The notes beneath the pieces are model-generated. The model saw only the letters and a list, made by a program, of their open reading frames with translations. It made no database searches and was not told the DNA's origin. Below, piece by piece: positions 51,845-64,000 of a stretch of 64,000 nt of DNA. The DNA is taken from the NCBI GenBank assembly GCA_951406725.2, contig OX597814.1, positions 220,410,001 to 220,474,000 on the forward strand. Direction: 5' to 3'. The first letter of the stretch is position 1. Every line of letters begins with the position of its first letter. This DNA comes from Octopus vulgaris (lineage: Eukaryota). The translations under genes were made by a program, and so were the position numbers.

Positions 51845-52215
51845 ACATGGCTGCATGGTTATAGAAGCTTGCTTTCCAAGCTTATGATCTCAGGTGAAGT
51901 CCCACTGTACAGTATCTTGGGAAAGTGTCTTCTACTGTAGCCCTAGGCTGATTGATGCTTCGTGAGTTAATTTTGGTTTGATGTAAACTGAAAAAAGCCC
52001 ATCTTATCGATGCACATGTATGTTTGCTTGACATCATCTGATGATAGTAAAGAAACATTACCATCACATAAGCAATGTTGTATGTTTTCAGTCTTCCATT
52101 GAAAGCATGTCTGGAGGTATTAGGGATAGTTGATAACAGGAAGGGCATTTGGCAGTAGAAAAACCTGCATCCATCGGAACCATGCAAGTACAGAAAAATG
52201 GACATTAAACGATGG
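51845..52215 (+). mobile_element. Old tRNA/CORE-type SINE with RTE-like tail
   Basis: catggctgcatggtt head; aacaggaagggcatttggcagtagaaaa...ggacattaaacgatg tail. Confidence 0.65.
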
Positions 52216-52226
52216 CGTACATATAC

Positions 52227-52271
<45 letters not shown>

Positions 52272-52289
52272 CACATACACATGTTGACA

Positions 52290-52485
52290 AATTTCTGGCT
52301 TTTAAGGTATTGCGAAATGCCTGGTTGAAGGCCCAACCTTCTGAGTTCTTTTACAGGGCTTAGAAAAACTGAAGGACTGCTGCAATAAGTGTGTGAATCT
52401 GGGAATATGTTGAACATAATCAGAATTAACTGATCCTCCTGTATTTTCTTTTACCCAAAGCCAGGAACTTTTCAGCACCCCCTTG
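52290..52485 (+). mobile_element. Non-autonomous mariner derivative
   Basis: AWLKAQPSEFFYR..KCVN..EYVE transposase end, then TIR-like aaagccaggaacttttcagcacccccttg-TA. Confidence 0.7.
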
Positions 52486-52599
52486 TACATACTAACACAA
52501 ACAAACATACAGATGTAAACTTACAACCTGTAGACATATAAACGAATGTATATGTAATAATATTGTGAGGGTGTAACAGTTATTGGTATATTTTTTACA

Positions 52600-52833
52600 T
52601 AAAGGCGGCAAGCTGGCAGAAACGTTAGCACACCGGGCAAAATGCTTAGCGGTATTTCGTCTGCGTTACGTTGTCAGTTCAAATTCCGCCGAGGTCGACT
52701 TTGCCTTTCATCCTTTCGGGGTCAATAAATTAAGTACCAGTAACGCACTGGGGTCAATGTAATCGACATAATACCTATGTCTGTCCTTGTTTTTCCTCTC
52801 TGTGTTTAGCCCCTTGTGGGTAATAAAGAAATA
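52600..52833 (+). mobile_element. Family C SINE with Tx1-like 3' tail and 15-bp TSD
   Basis: GGTATATTTTTTACA at 52585-52599 and 52834-52848; tRNA-like head; ends gtgtttagccccttgtgggtaataaagaaata. Confidence 0.85.
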
Positions 52834-53404
52834 GGTATATTTTTTACAGTAAACAGTGTCAGATAGAGAACTCAATATGAAATGTAGAGTAGGAAATAAA
52901 TGTTTTACATAATAAATCACAGCTGTTACTTATAACTTTTGCTGTATTGGCTTCTCTGACTGTAAAATTAGAGTAAAATTCTATTTCTATTATAATGTTG
53001 TTCAAATGAGGCCTGGTCAAATTTCTGGCTGTTTAAATGATTGCTGCAGGGGACTATGAGAAGAAGAGAGAAGAGACAGCGCTGACTGTCTTTAGTGAAG
53101 CGCCAAGCTACTAATCTATCGGTGGAGAGAAGACAGGTATCCTTTCATTAATTAACGTTTAAGAAGATTAGAAATGAATACGATCAATCTCACTTTTTCC
53201 ACCCACAGAGAGACAAAACTAGTGATGGAGCCATTTCATTCACTTTCCACAGTTTCAGACTAAAGATGTATAACTATCAAAAGTACTCAATACTTTACAT
53301 TAAATTTCAAAGAGAAAAAAAAAACAAAAGACTATAAGAAAAAAAAAAGAAAAGAAAAAGAGAACAGAAAATGTTGTGTAGTGAACTATGAATTTATATA
53401 AATT

Positions 53405-53695
53405 ATGGACTCTCCTGTTGAAGACAACATATTAGAGTTCAGCATTTGCTGAACAACCTACATAAGTGTTTGTAGTGATCAAATGTTCATGCTGCACATT
53501 AGCTCACTCCCTCCATCAAGTCGGCGGTTCCTAAGCAGGTGCATTGTGTACCATGTGTCAGGTGTCAACATGGTCAAAGGGCAATGAGAGATGAAGTGTT
53601 TTGCTCAAGAACACAACACACCACCTGGTCCAGGAATTGAAATCATGATCTCACAATCATGAGCACAACACCCTAACAACTAGGCCATGCACCCT
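53405..53695 (-). mobile_element. tRNA-derived SINE, same family as 58780-59090
   Basis: gagatgaagtgttttgctcaagaacacaacac is the reverse complement of the motif at ~58868-58898. Confidence 0.65.
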
Positions 53696-53741
53696 TACAC
53701 ACACACACACACACGTGTGTGTGTGTGTGTGTGTGTGTGTA

Positions 53742-54028
53742 TTTCAGTCATTAGATTGCAACCATTCTGAAGCACAATCCTGTAGGATTAGTTGAACAAA
53801 TAGCCTACTATATCTATTTTTTAAGTCCTGCTATGTTTACAGAAGTAAACATGCATGCACGCACACACAACAGACTTTAATACAATTTCCTTTGACCAAA
53901 TTCACTCGCAAGGCATTATTTGGCTGGAGCGCTATAGTAGAAGACACTTGCCCCTGGTGACACAGAGTGGAACTAAACCCAAAACCATATGATTGCAAAG
54001 TGAACATCTTAACCACACAGCCATGCCT
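53742..54028 (-). mobile_element. Decayed family B SINE
   Basis: gctatagtagaagacacttgccc...accacacagccatgcct. Confidence 0.6.
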
Positions 54029-55052
54029 GTTCTGGAGTATACCACCTTGTAAAGTTAAGGTTGCTCAACCTGCTGGAAATGAACAAACAGCCAAAATGAT
54101 AAATAGGAGAATATGAATATAAATTTAGAAGAAATATTTCCAGGTATGAAAAAGAATTAAAAAAAAATTTTTTTTTAATGAAAAGGTAAGGAAAAAAGAG
54201 ACGATGTGCTAGGATGGCTTTAATCAGAAGCTTACTTTCTCAGAGCCGACATGACTTATAATAAGAACTACAGTCACAATAATAATTTGAGGCAGTAAGA
54301 GAGTAGTAATTAGTTCCTGATAAGTCAATTAAGATGAATTTGTATACTATGTCACTCAAAGTTGGCTGTGTGACTAGTTTTGGTTAAAACCATTTAAGAA
54401 AGAACAGTTCATCTTCTATATTTTAATTCTTTGTGCTTTCTTCTCCATTGAGGGTGTGGCTTGTAAACATCATCTCCCAGGACAATAAGCTACATCACTA
54501 TAGTTTTCTTTTATCAAATTACCAGCCAATTGTAGCAACTATCTTTAACCTTTTTGATGCCAACCCACCTCAGACCACCTACAGTTCTGTGATATAAATT
54601 TCATGATTTAAAGCAAACTAAATGAAAACCTTCCATTAAAATTTCATGTTAATTTATATTCAAAACATCAGCTTAATAATAACAAAGTTATTTTACTAAA
54701 TCTTTCATTATTTTCAAAATTAGTTAAAACAAAGACTGTGTATTTCAATAAAAATTCACTAACAAAAGGGTTAATCATTTTTGTTTTATTTCCTTTGTAT
54801 AACAGCATTGTCTATTATCTCATTTATGGCTATTCTAGAAAGCCACATAATTCTTTCAAAAGAGTCACCAACTATTCATGTGTTTACCTGATTTGCTAAA
54901 AATGTAGCCAGAATTCTTTCAAGCTGCACTTATCATCTTTAAAAATAAAAGATGTTATGGTCATGAATGAAATGCTCTTGAGTGGATGTCTGTTCAATAA
55001 ACAACAAAACTTCTTTCAGTTTTATTAAAAATTCTTTCAGTTTTATTAAAAA

Positions 55053-55611
55053 CTAGCAGTATAACCTGGCTTTGCCTGGGATTAAGTTAGGAATATTAAG
55101 CTAATCAACTTCTCTATTTCAAACCAAACTAAGTAATACTGATATCAAATTTGGGCGAAATCCATTGAAATTGGTTTATATATATCGGCAACATACACAC
55201 ACACACATACACACAAATACACACACGTATGTATGTACACCTATTGCATACATGTTCGTGTGTGTGTGTGTGTGTTACCTGTATATCAACAAAACACTTT
55301 TTATTGATGGAAAAAAAAAACAACAAAAAGTCTTAACAAAAACTTACTCGTCGCTAAAACGGGACTTAACTCCTGTTTGCAAACAATGGTGATTTCTCCG
55401 ACTTGAAAATTGTTAAAAGTTTTGGTTGAAAATTAATTTTTACTGCTATTAGCTGGTGCCTCTGGGAAAAATAAGTTGACGAAAATACAGCTGGGGTTAT
55501 GACAAATGTCCTCCTAGAATTGGAACGACATGCGTGCTAATTTGTGTACATGCATAAATTACGTTCACGTACACACAGACAGACACAAATCCAGCCTTTT
55601 ATATATACAGA
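55053..55611 (-). mobile_element. Non-autonomous Helitron, apparently complete
   Basis: Minus strand 5' TC after A; sub-terminal imperfect hairpin ccaggc-aaa-gccagg; 3' CTAG before T; no TSD. Confidence 0.75.
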
Positions 55612-56439
55612 TAATACTGAGATTTTTTTCGTGTGTCTGTTATTCTTTACAAAAGGTTGATAGCTTTGCCATTTATGATAATCAAGATAAGTCTGTTGTC
55701 ATGTTTGTATGAAATAGCACTTGGTCTCATATATAGGAACATATTTATAAAAACCTAGAAATTTGAAAAAAAAAAAAGGGGGAAATTTACATAACATTTT
55801 TAATATATGCATTCCTAAGGTTAAAGAAGATTTTTATTATGATAATAAAATTTAGGTACCACTTCAGCTTCAGCTATTCTGATAGGTAATATATTCGGAT
55901 GTATTCTAACAATACCTATTCAATTGTAAGTTACATTCACTGAATATATATCTACTTTAAGCTATATTCAGTCAATACTTAGCTAATTTAAGCCAAAAGA
56001 ACATTTCAATAAAAAATAAATCTAGTCTCAAATAAAACAAGAAATTAAAAAAAAGTATTTATATATACAGATACACATATATATATATATGCATTTATAA
56101 ATTCCTACATATATATACACACACACACACACACACTATAATATTCTTTAAAGGACAATAATACGTCTTCTTGAGAGAGGGAGAGAGAGGAGGAAGGGAG
56201 GGATAATTTGGCATCTTCAGCTAATTCTGTAGACTAAGCAACGTCATAGATATAAAAAAAAAGAAGCCCAGAACAACACAGCTTTGATGATATTTAATCA
56301 ATATTATCTTGATAAAGCATGTGACATTTTGAATACTAACACAGTCAATGTTTCAATAACTGATATTCTGAATACCCCTGGAAGTAAAGTTGTGGAATTC
56401 AATATTCAGTAATTGACTTACTATGCACACACACACACA

Positions 56440-56488
<49 letters not shown>

Positions 56489-57019
56489 TCTTTGTCTACC
56501 TACCTATCATAGATAGATAGACAGACAGACAAACAGACATGTGCATGAGCAAAGACAGTGATGTGAAAAACTCAGAGTAGAGTAAATAATCAGCTTCAGG
56601 TACATAAAAAGCTCTACTACATAACTTGGATACTTTACTCCTATTTCTGTACCAAGCTGTGCTTGTACTACCTACACACACACATACACACACACACACA
56701 CACATTATAGACTGATATATTCAGACAAGTGTTCTCATCTTGTACAGCCGATCCAAGAAAAAGTTTATCATCAGCAATAAAACAAGAAGAGTATACTCTA
56801 AATATCAGAGCAAATGCTTGAAGCAGTTAAAAAGGGAAAAGGAAGAAACTAGGCAGGGTGGTCCTTTGATGCTAGATCTAGAGGTGAAGTAGCCCACATT
56901 GGAAAATAACTATATGAGATGAAACTTAAATCAGAGTTGAAGAAAAAAGCAAGGTGACCCATTAAGTGATGTAAGTCATAACCGTTGAGGGGAAAAAGCC
57001 TGTACTGAAACTATATGGT

Positions 57020-57245
57020 ACTCTTTTACTCTTTTACTTGTTTCAGTCATGTGACTGAGGCCATGCTGGAGCACCGCCTTTGGTCGAGCAAATCGACCCC
57101 AGGACTTATTCTTTCTAAGCCTACTACTTATTCTATCAGTCTCTTTTGCTGAACTGCTAAGTTACGGAGACATAAACACACCATCATCGGTTGTCAAGCG
57201 ATGCTGCGGGGAAAAACACAGACACACAAACATTTACACACACAT

Positions 57246-57296
<51 letters not shown>

Positions 57297-57802
57297 TATG
57301 TATATATTGGCAGGGCTTACTGCTAGAAACAGATCATCAACGATGCATTTAATTCTGTTTTTTATATAAATTTTCATCTGTCCTGCCTGCCAAATTTGGT
57401 TCTGGTGTTCGCTGAATTTTTCCTCTAGAGAATTTCCTTGTAGTTGGATCGTTGATGATCTGTTTCTAGCATACGGCCGACTTCCTAGCAGTCTTGCCGT
57501 GCCAATATACACATATATTAGAATTTTCTCTGACTTCTCAGATTTTTTGTATGCTGGACTACTGATTTTAAATTGATATTAAAATTAATATTAATTTATC
57601 TCCCTCATTATTTATATATACATATATATATATATATACATATATACGACGGGCTTCTTTCAGTTTCCGTCTAACAAATCCACTCACAAGGCTTTGGTCG
57701 GCCTGAGGCTATAGTAGAAGACACTTACCAAGGTGTCACACAGTGGGACTGAACCTGGAACCATGTGGTTCATAAGCAAGCTACTTACCACACAGCCACT
57801 CC
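57020..57802 (-). mobile_element. Family B SINE with a ~300-bp insert in its internal (TA)n
   Basis: Both halves match family B; TATGGT on both sides. Confidence 0.85.
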
Positions 57803-58011
57803 TATGGTTATGGTGTGCACAACCAATTCATAGATAAACTAAAAACTAGGGATTTAGGGTGCTACACAAGGTGCCTTGGAAATACAATATAAGGACTCCA
57901 CCGTAGCATACAAGAAACAGTGTATAATGAAAGCAGCAAATTATTGATATGAGTATGATGAAATAACAGTCAAACTCTACCAACATGTTACACAGAAACA
58001 CAATGGATCAA

Positions 58012-58114
58012 GGCACCTTGGGCAAGTGTCTTCTACTTTAGCCTCGGGCCTACCAAAGCCTTGTGAGTGGATTTAGTAGACGGAAACTGAAAGAAGCTCA
58101 TCGTATATATTATA

Positions 58115-58155
<41 letters not shown>

Positions 58156-58333
58156 ATGTGTTTGTGTTTGTCCCCCCAGCATCGCTTGACAACCGATACT
58201 GGTGAGTTTACGTCCCCATAACTTAGCAGTTCGGCAAGAGAGGCCGATAGAATAAGTCCTGGGGTTGAGTTGCTCAACTAAAAGCAGTGCTCCAGCATGG
58301 CCACAGTTAAATGACTGAAAAGAGTAAAGAGTA
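58012..58333 (+). mobile_element. Family B SINE, 5'-truncated
   Basis: Starts at ggcaccttgggcaagtgtc, ends aagagtaaagagta. Confidence 0.85.
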
Positions 58334-58779
58334 ATAGAATACAAATTCTTACCAAATATCCTAAAGACCCATCTCTCTGATCGTTAATAGAAATTGATGC
58401 AACACACTGGAAGCAGATTCTAGATGTAGATGCTATGTTCTTTAAACGGAAAGAATGAGAGGAGTAGCAATGACTCCCAATTGCATTGCTTGCTTCAGCT
58501 GTGCTGAGCAGTCGAGTATTAGTATTTTGGCTGATACTATAGCATGCTTTTTCTCTCTGTAATCCATGCAGGCCACCACAACAATCTGTGGGAGGTGGGC
58601 AGGTGTAACTACTCCAATCATGCAGTAATTACTTTGCTTTGATACTCTCAGAGATTTGCTCTTTGATCTCAGCTTTGATCTTCCACACTCATACGTCTGA
58701 TGTATCTGTAATAAAGCATTTTCAATTTCACTCTTCATGAATCACTAGTCTACTATCCTGTCAAAGTCCAATGACAGCT

Positions 58780-59090
58780 AGGAGGGGGGGATGGCACGTA
58801 GTTAGTGGTTAGGGTGTGGCACTCATGATCTAAGTATTACGATTTCAATTCCTAGCCCAGCTGGTGTGTTGTGTCCTTGAGCAAAACACTTCATCTCACA
58901 TTGCTCTGCCATCACGTCGACACCTGATGCGTGGTACACCATAGACCTGTTCAGATAACATCAATTTGATGGAGAGGGTCAGCTAATGTGTAGCACAAAC
59001 ATTTGATCACTATAAACAAATCATTTGTGCAGCTCTTTCGGTAAAAGCTGAACACTCATACATTGCCACTGATGGAAGAGTCCATTATTA
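58780..59090 (+). mobile_element. tRNA-derived SINE
   Basis: tagtggttagggtgtggcactcatgatc...ttcaattcc, gtgtccttgagcaaaacactt. Confidence 0.65.
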
Positions 59091-59597
59091 CACCCCTACT
59101 GGAAGCACTACACTACCTTTCTCATGTTTGTGACTAACATGGTAGCCTAGTGTTTTCCTATTTTGGGAATTTCCTTTCATGTCCCCACCCCTTTCTATTT
59201 TCCCAAAGCACCATCAACTCAATATTCAGGACTTTGTTTGTCAGGTCAGTCTATGCTGTAAAGTCACCGCACTGCATTGTTTTTGCAATATAGCTTGAGA
59301 ATATATGCACTTTATTCAAATTCACATGTACAGTTCAATGAAAGGCATTTCTAATTGTGTGGGGTAGTTCACTTCTAATTGTAGCATTAATGAGCATCAC
59401 ACCCAAGAACCTGTTGCTGTCAGAACATGAATGTGCCTTACGTAGTTTCTTTCTTTTTTGTTCTAACCTGTTCATGCATTTGTGTTCCGATAAATAAAGC
59501 ATATTCTGTTATTCACTTATAGATAAACAGATATACATGCACACACAGTGCACACTTAAGAGTGATTGCACACACACACACACACACACACGCACAC

Positions 59598-59635
<38 letters not shown>

Positions 59636-59775
59636 TTGTAACTGTGTGAGTGAATGTTAGAGGTTTTGGATTATTACTGAAGTAAGAAAGCCAGATAGAG
59701 GCAGAGACAAATCAATAAACAATGCAAGAGAGAAAGGGGGAGTGACAGGGTCAAAGCTGAGAGGAGAGACAGAGG

Positions 59776-59818
<43 letters not shown>

Positions 59819-59894
59819 TGCTCTAACTGAACCATAGTCTCAGGCTAATACTACATATGAAGTGTGTAGTGGTCTATCATACGTGTATTCTAGC

Positions 59895-59942
59895 AAAAAC
59901 TGTCCAATGAACGGCAACGGGAAACTCAGAGTAACAGGTTTT
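59895..59942 (+). ncRNA. Type I hammerhead-like ribozyme relic in a probable Penelope-like repeat
   Basis: CUGU-CCAAUGA-A-CG(GCAA)CG-G-GAA-ACUC(A)GAGU-A-ACAG; AATAAA and (TA)n downstream. Confidence 0.6.
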
Positions 59943-62900
59943 GTTGAATTTTCTGCTGCTTTAAATAAAGCATATTACTCTACCACTGGTATTTGAGTAC
60001 TCTTTTCTCCACCTTGTTTCACATTTATGTGTTTACTCCAGTATATATATATATATATATGAGTGTACATATATTTATATTAGTATAGGGTGAAAATTGG
60101 TACATTCAAATAAAATACCCACTAGTATCCAAGTGTGACTGAATTATCTTCCTTTCTAGCAATACCTGCTCAAGAGAATGATGGCATGAATACTAGAAAA
60201 AGTACTTGAAGGTACGCTGCATAACGACCATAGTCAGATATAGCCAAGTGACAAACTGGTAAATAAACACACACAGTTTGTACACAAACGCATATAAACA
60301 TGTTCATGTAGTATCAATTGTAATGATATCATCGTTAGCTAGTTAATTAGATACAACTGCACAGCTCATTTTAAATAACTAGTGTTGGAGATAAAAGCTA
60401 CTCTGAACTGTGACTCCAATTGTTCATTGGTCTATGGGTAGCTGCAAGGAAACTGGAAAGAAATGGCAGTTGTACTCACTGCATATCCTACAAGTATATA
60501 AGAAAAGTATTTCACTTAGAAAACAAAGCAATATACGCACCAGTCCTATTTAAATATATTTGTTATGGACGTGGTTCGAAATACAGAACATACAATCAAA
60601 ATAATGCATTGATTCTAAATATGTCAAATGCATTGCATTGTGCATTGTTTTAGACAAAAATCTGCTTGTGTGTGCATATGAGGATATATGTACAATCTCA
60701 GAGGTATTGGCTAAATGGAAGCAAGGTATTGCATGTCAGACTAATGGATTGCGAAAATACATTCTGCTGGAGTATCTTTAATAATTATTTGGCGGGTGGG
60801 GGGAATTTAACCCTACTTCTCTCACATTGAAACTAATGCCAACTATATTACTATTCTTCCAATTAATTTATAGCTGCGAAGCCTAGAGCAAAATCCTAAC
60901 ACCTGGACTATGACTTGTGTATTGGGTGATTTCCATCTTATACTTACAATCATGCACATCTTTTAGAAGGGAGTCTTTACATTTCACTTGTGTTAAGTTA
61001 AAGTGAGTAATCTCACCCTTCAGTAATTTATCAAAAGATACTATAAGGTTAAGAATTTCAGTTACAGAAACTGAGCTGCTTTATGACTCAGTCCCTTTCT
61101 GTACACAACACATGGAATATAAGATCCCTAAATAGAAAACAATTCCTTTTAGTGTACAGCAAATATTTTCATCCTAGATCCTGGCATGTTACACTTCAAA
61201 CTGACAGGCAGGTTTTGAGTTCCAGATAATTACATTCTTTACATGAAAGGAAATTCTATCTGAAAAAGTGTATTGAGAAACTGTAAAAAAATAAAAATAA
61301 ATCTTCTACTACAAGAAATTTAAGTATAAACATATTACAAGTAATCTTGTATAGATACAGATTCAATGCTCTTATAATCAGATAAATAATTCAAATGAAA
61401 GAAGACAGAAAAAAGAATCTCATATTTTTCTAGAATAAAAAGTATTCCACTGAGAAGACAATCGTTTAAAAAATTACACAGTATTGCCACATAGGGACTG
61501 CATAGCATCCAGACTAGAATGAGAACCATTTCACTTAACCAAAGTCTAATCAGTGATGATGACAAAGAATAACAAAAACATTTCGAAACAATAATGTTTC
61601 TTACACAAACATGAAGTACAAATTGAAAGTTGTCTGCTGATTAAATTTGTATATATGACATTTGCAAGAATGGCCAGGACGTGCTGTTTTGATAGACATT
61701 ATTTGTTATTACTACTACTCAGTGTAATATTTATATTTTAATCAGGTAATCTAAAGATAAGCTAATGTGTTTTGGTAAAGAAGAAAATTAAACACTTGCA
61801 CCAATATATATCTGAACTAATGGCCAATGCTCACTATGTCTAGTGACACATATCACTTTAATATTATACCATTTATTATGACTTTTCATCTGCAAATGAG
61901 AAGATTGGGTTGGTTTTTGTGTGTGCAAATTCTGTGAGAATTTTCCTAGCCTCAATAGCAAAAATTATTTTTGCCTAATTTCTCATATGAGATCTACGAC
62001 CAAGTAATGATCTCAGCTGGAGTAGATCCAATATGTGAAGAAAAATGTAGCAGCTATTTTCAATGGCAGATCATGCAGGAATTAGAAATATTGTCTATTA
62101 TTACTGAACACATCTAAGTTACTCTAGATATATATATGAATATAATACCAATGTACAATGGTGAACCATTATAAGATATAGTCTAAATTTGTTAAACACT
62201 TTAGTATGTCATATGTACTTATTTTATTGATCTCAAAGACATGAAAGACTAGATTTATTTATCACTGAGCTGTTATTTAGGTTCTAAACTTTATTGTTTG
62301 GTTAGTTTTGGAGTTGATTCCGTTTCATCTACGGTTTGTATGTTATCAAAGAGATTAAGTCTTAGACTATGTAATCCTGATATTTAGCATATTTATTTGA
62401 AGGAATATCTGGTTCCTGTGTTTGCAGGTCAAATAAGTTATAAAAAGAAAACATTTTTCATTGGTTAAGCTTTGTATTTATTTTCCTTTGTAGTAGTTCT
62501 AAAAATAAAGCATTTCTCACTGAAAAGAGGAATAAATAAATATAAACGTAGAAAGAACATTTATCAAAGTTGTTAGAATTAATCTAAGAGAAGGAAAAAG
62601 AAGCTTTGGATAGGATAATAAAAGATAGATATTAATAGATATTAACTGATATTGTTTCTAATGCTCTTTAACTGAAAAATACAAATTATTTTTATGTGCT
62701 GAGCATAATTGTACTGGATGTAAGACCATTCTAAATTTAGCAAACTTGTTGATTAGTGCAATCCCATGTTTCTTCATTCAAAGTGTCAGAGAAATAGAAC
62801 TGTGAATTCTCAACTGTTACCAGAGTATACCTTCAACCAATGAGAATAGTCAAGGGGAAAATTTGATGACTGGTAAGCTTATAATGTGTTTAAGATTGAC

Positions 62901-62991
62901 TGGATTTAAATTGATAGGTGAATAAATACAAGTGCTAAGATAGATAGTTCTTAGTCAGAAATCATGCAGAGATGAACTCTGTAATACCTAT

Positions 62992-63398
62992 TACTCTTTT
63001 ACTCTTTTACTTGTTTCAGTCATTTGACTGTGGCCATGCTGGAGCACCGCCTTTAGTCGAGCAAATCAACCCCAGGACTTATTCTTTGTAAGCCCAGTAC
63101 TTATTCTATCGGTCTCTTTTGCCAAACCGCAAAGTGACGGGGACGTAAACACACCAGCATTGGTTGTCAAGCAATGCTAGGGGGACAAACACAGACACAC
63201 AAACATATACACACACACTTATATATATATAGATATATACGACGGGCTTCTTTCAGTTTCCGTCTACCAAATCCACTCACAAGGCATTGGTCGGCCCGTG
63301 GCTATAGCAGAAGACATTTGCCCAAGATGCCACGCAGTGGGACTGAACCCGGAACCATGTGGTTGGTTAGCAAGCTACTTACCAGCCACTTCTGCGCC
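62992..63398 (-). mobile_element. Family B SINE, full length
   Basis: Reverse complement of 22688-23119. Confidence 0.9.
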
Positions 63399-63739
63399 TA
63401 TTGTTGATAATTCTTCATGCTTCAGATACTACATATATGCTCTGATGAGGAAGGTAAGTCAAAAATGAAGTCTTGGAGGAGTTCCAAAGATTCTTTAAGT
63501 TTGAACATTTTTGCACACATACAATTATATTTGATAGTTGCTGCAAGATCACTGATGTCTGAATTTACCAGGCTGAGTCAAAAGTTTAAAAAAACTTTTT
63601 TACTGATGATTTCTGGCAACCTGTATCTCTATGTTATATCATTAATTTGATACAACTTGTCCAGTGATTGCTGAATTGTTTATTCTTTATTTCCATTTAT
63701 GACATATGGACATTAACTGGTTATTCTTTATTTTACAGT

Positions 63740-64000
63740 TATGATATTGATAGGAGAAAAAATTGAAACTAGAGCCTTTTTATGATATCAGTGGGAAAAG
63801 GGACTGAGTGCAAGGGCAGTGGTAAAGTCTAAGAACTGTGGCACAAAACTGGCTCAGACATTTCAAGGAAGGTGACACTAACCTTGAAGATAAACCAAAG
63901 TCAGGGAGACATTCTAATTTAGAAGATGAGGCCTTGCTTGAAATGGTTGAACAACAGCCAAGCACAAGCCCTCATACATTGTCAGAAGAACTTGGTCCTT
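63740..64000 (+). mobile_element. Mariner transposase N-terminal (HTH) pseudogene, runs off the window
   Basis: TVAQNWLRHFKEGDTNLEDKPKSGRHSNLEDEALLEMVEQQPSTSPHTLSEELG. Confidence 0.8.

Larger units (their letters stand above)
56720..58780 (-). mobile_element. Heavily decayed CR1/Jockey-group LINE interrupted by two family B SINEs
   Basis: Scattered ordered remnants ISKA, IGVP, NSDLSFIS, KDH, LYK; weak. Confidence 0.35.

Noticed and set aside
63443-63470. CTGATGAG hammerhead core
   Set aside because: No stem II or GAAA in register

Overview
Eukaryotic, AT-rich, repeat-dominated genomic DNA. The microsatellite load and the tRNA/CORE-type SINE families suggest an octopus or other coleoid cephalopod; this is an inference, not a database result. 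The only long intact ORF is ORF2 (1144 aa; APE endonuclease, reverse transcriptase, C-terminal Cys motif) of a 5'-truncated Tx1/L1-clade LINE lying between (TTA)n tracts. The rest is many SINEs, decayed RTE, CR1 and RLE-type LINE fragments, Tc1/mariner relics, non-autonomous Helitrons and long (TA)/(TACA)/(CA)/(GA) microsatellites, which generate most of the spurious ORFs in the track. Three observations stand out. (1) The LINE shares a 3' tail with a fragment inside a (GATA)n tract and with a TSD-flanked SINE, suggesting microsatellite-associated Tx1 families with a SINE partner. (2) Several short inserts, mostly in or beside (TA)n, carry minimal Penelope-type hammerhead-like motifs with non-canonical cores (CCGACGA, CCAAUGA and a G3:C8-swapped GUGAACA). 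(3) A (GAT)n-tailed retroposon has a variable 5' array of ~62-67 bp units that can each fold into a hairpin plus an H-type pseudoknot. No host gene can be called confidently; a few weak minus-strand exon candidates are noted.
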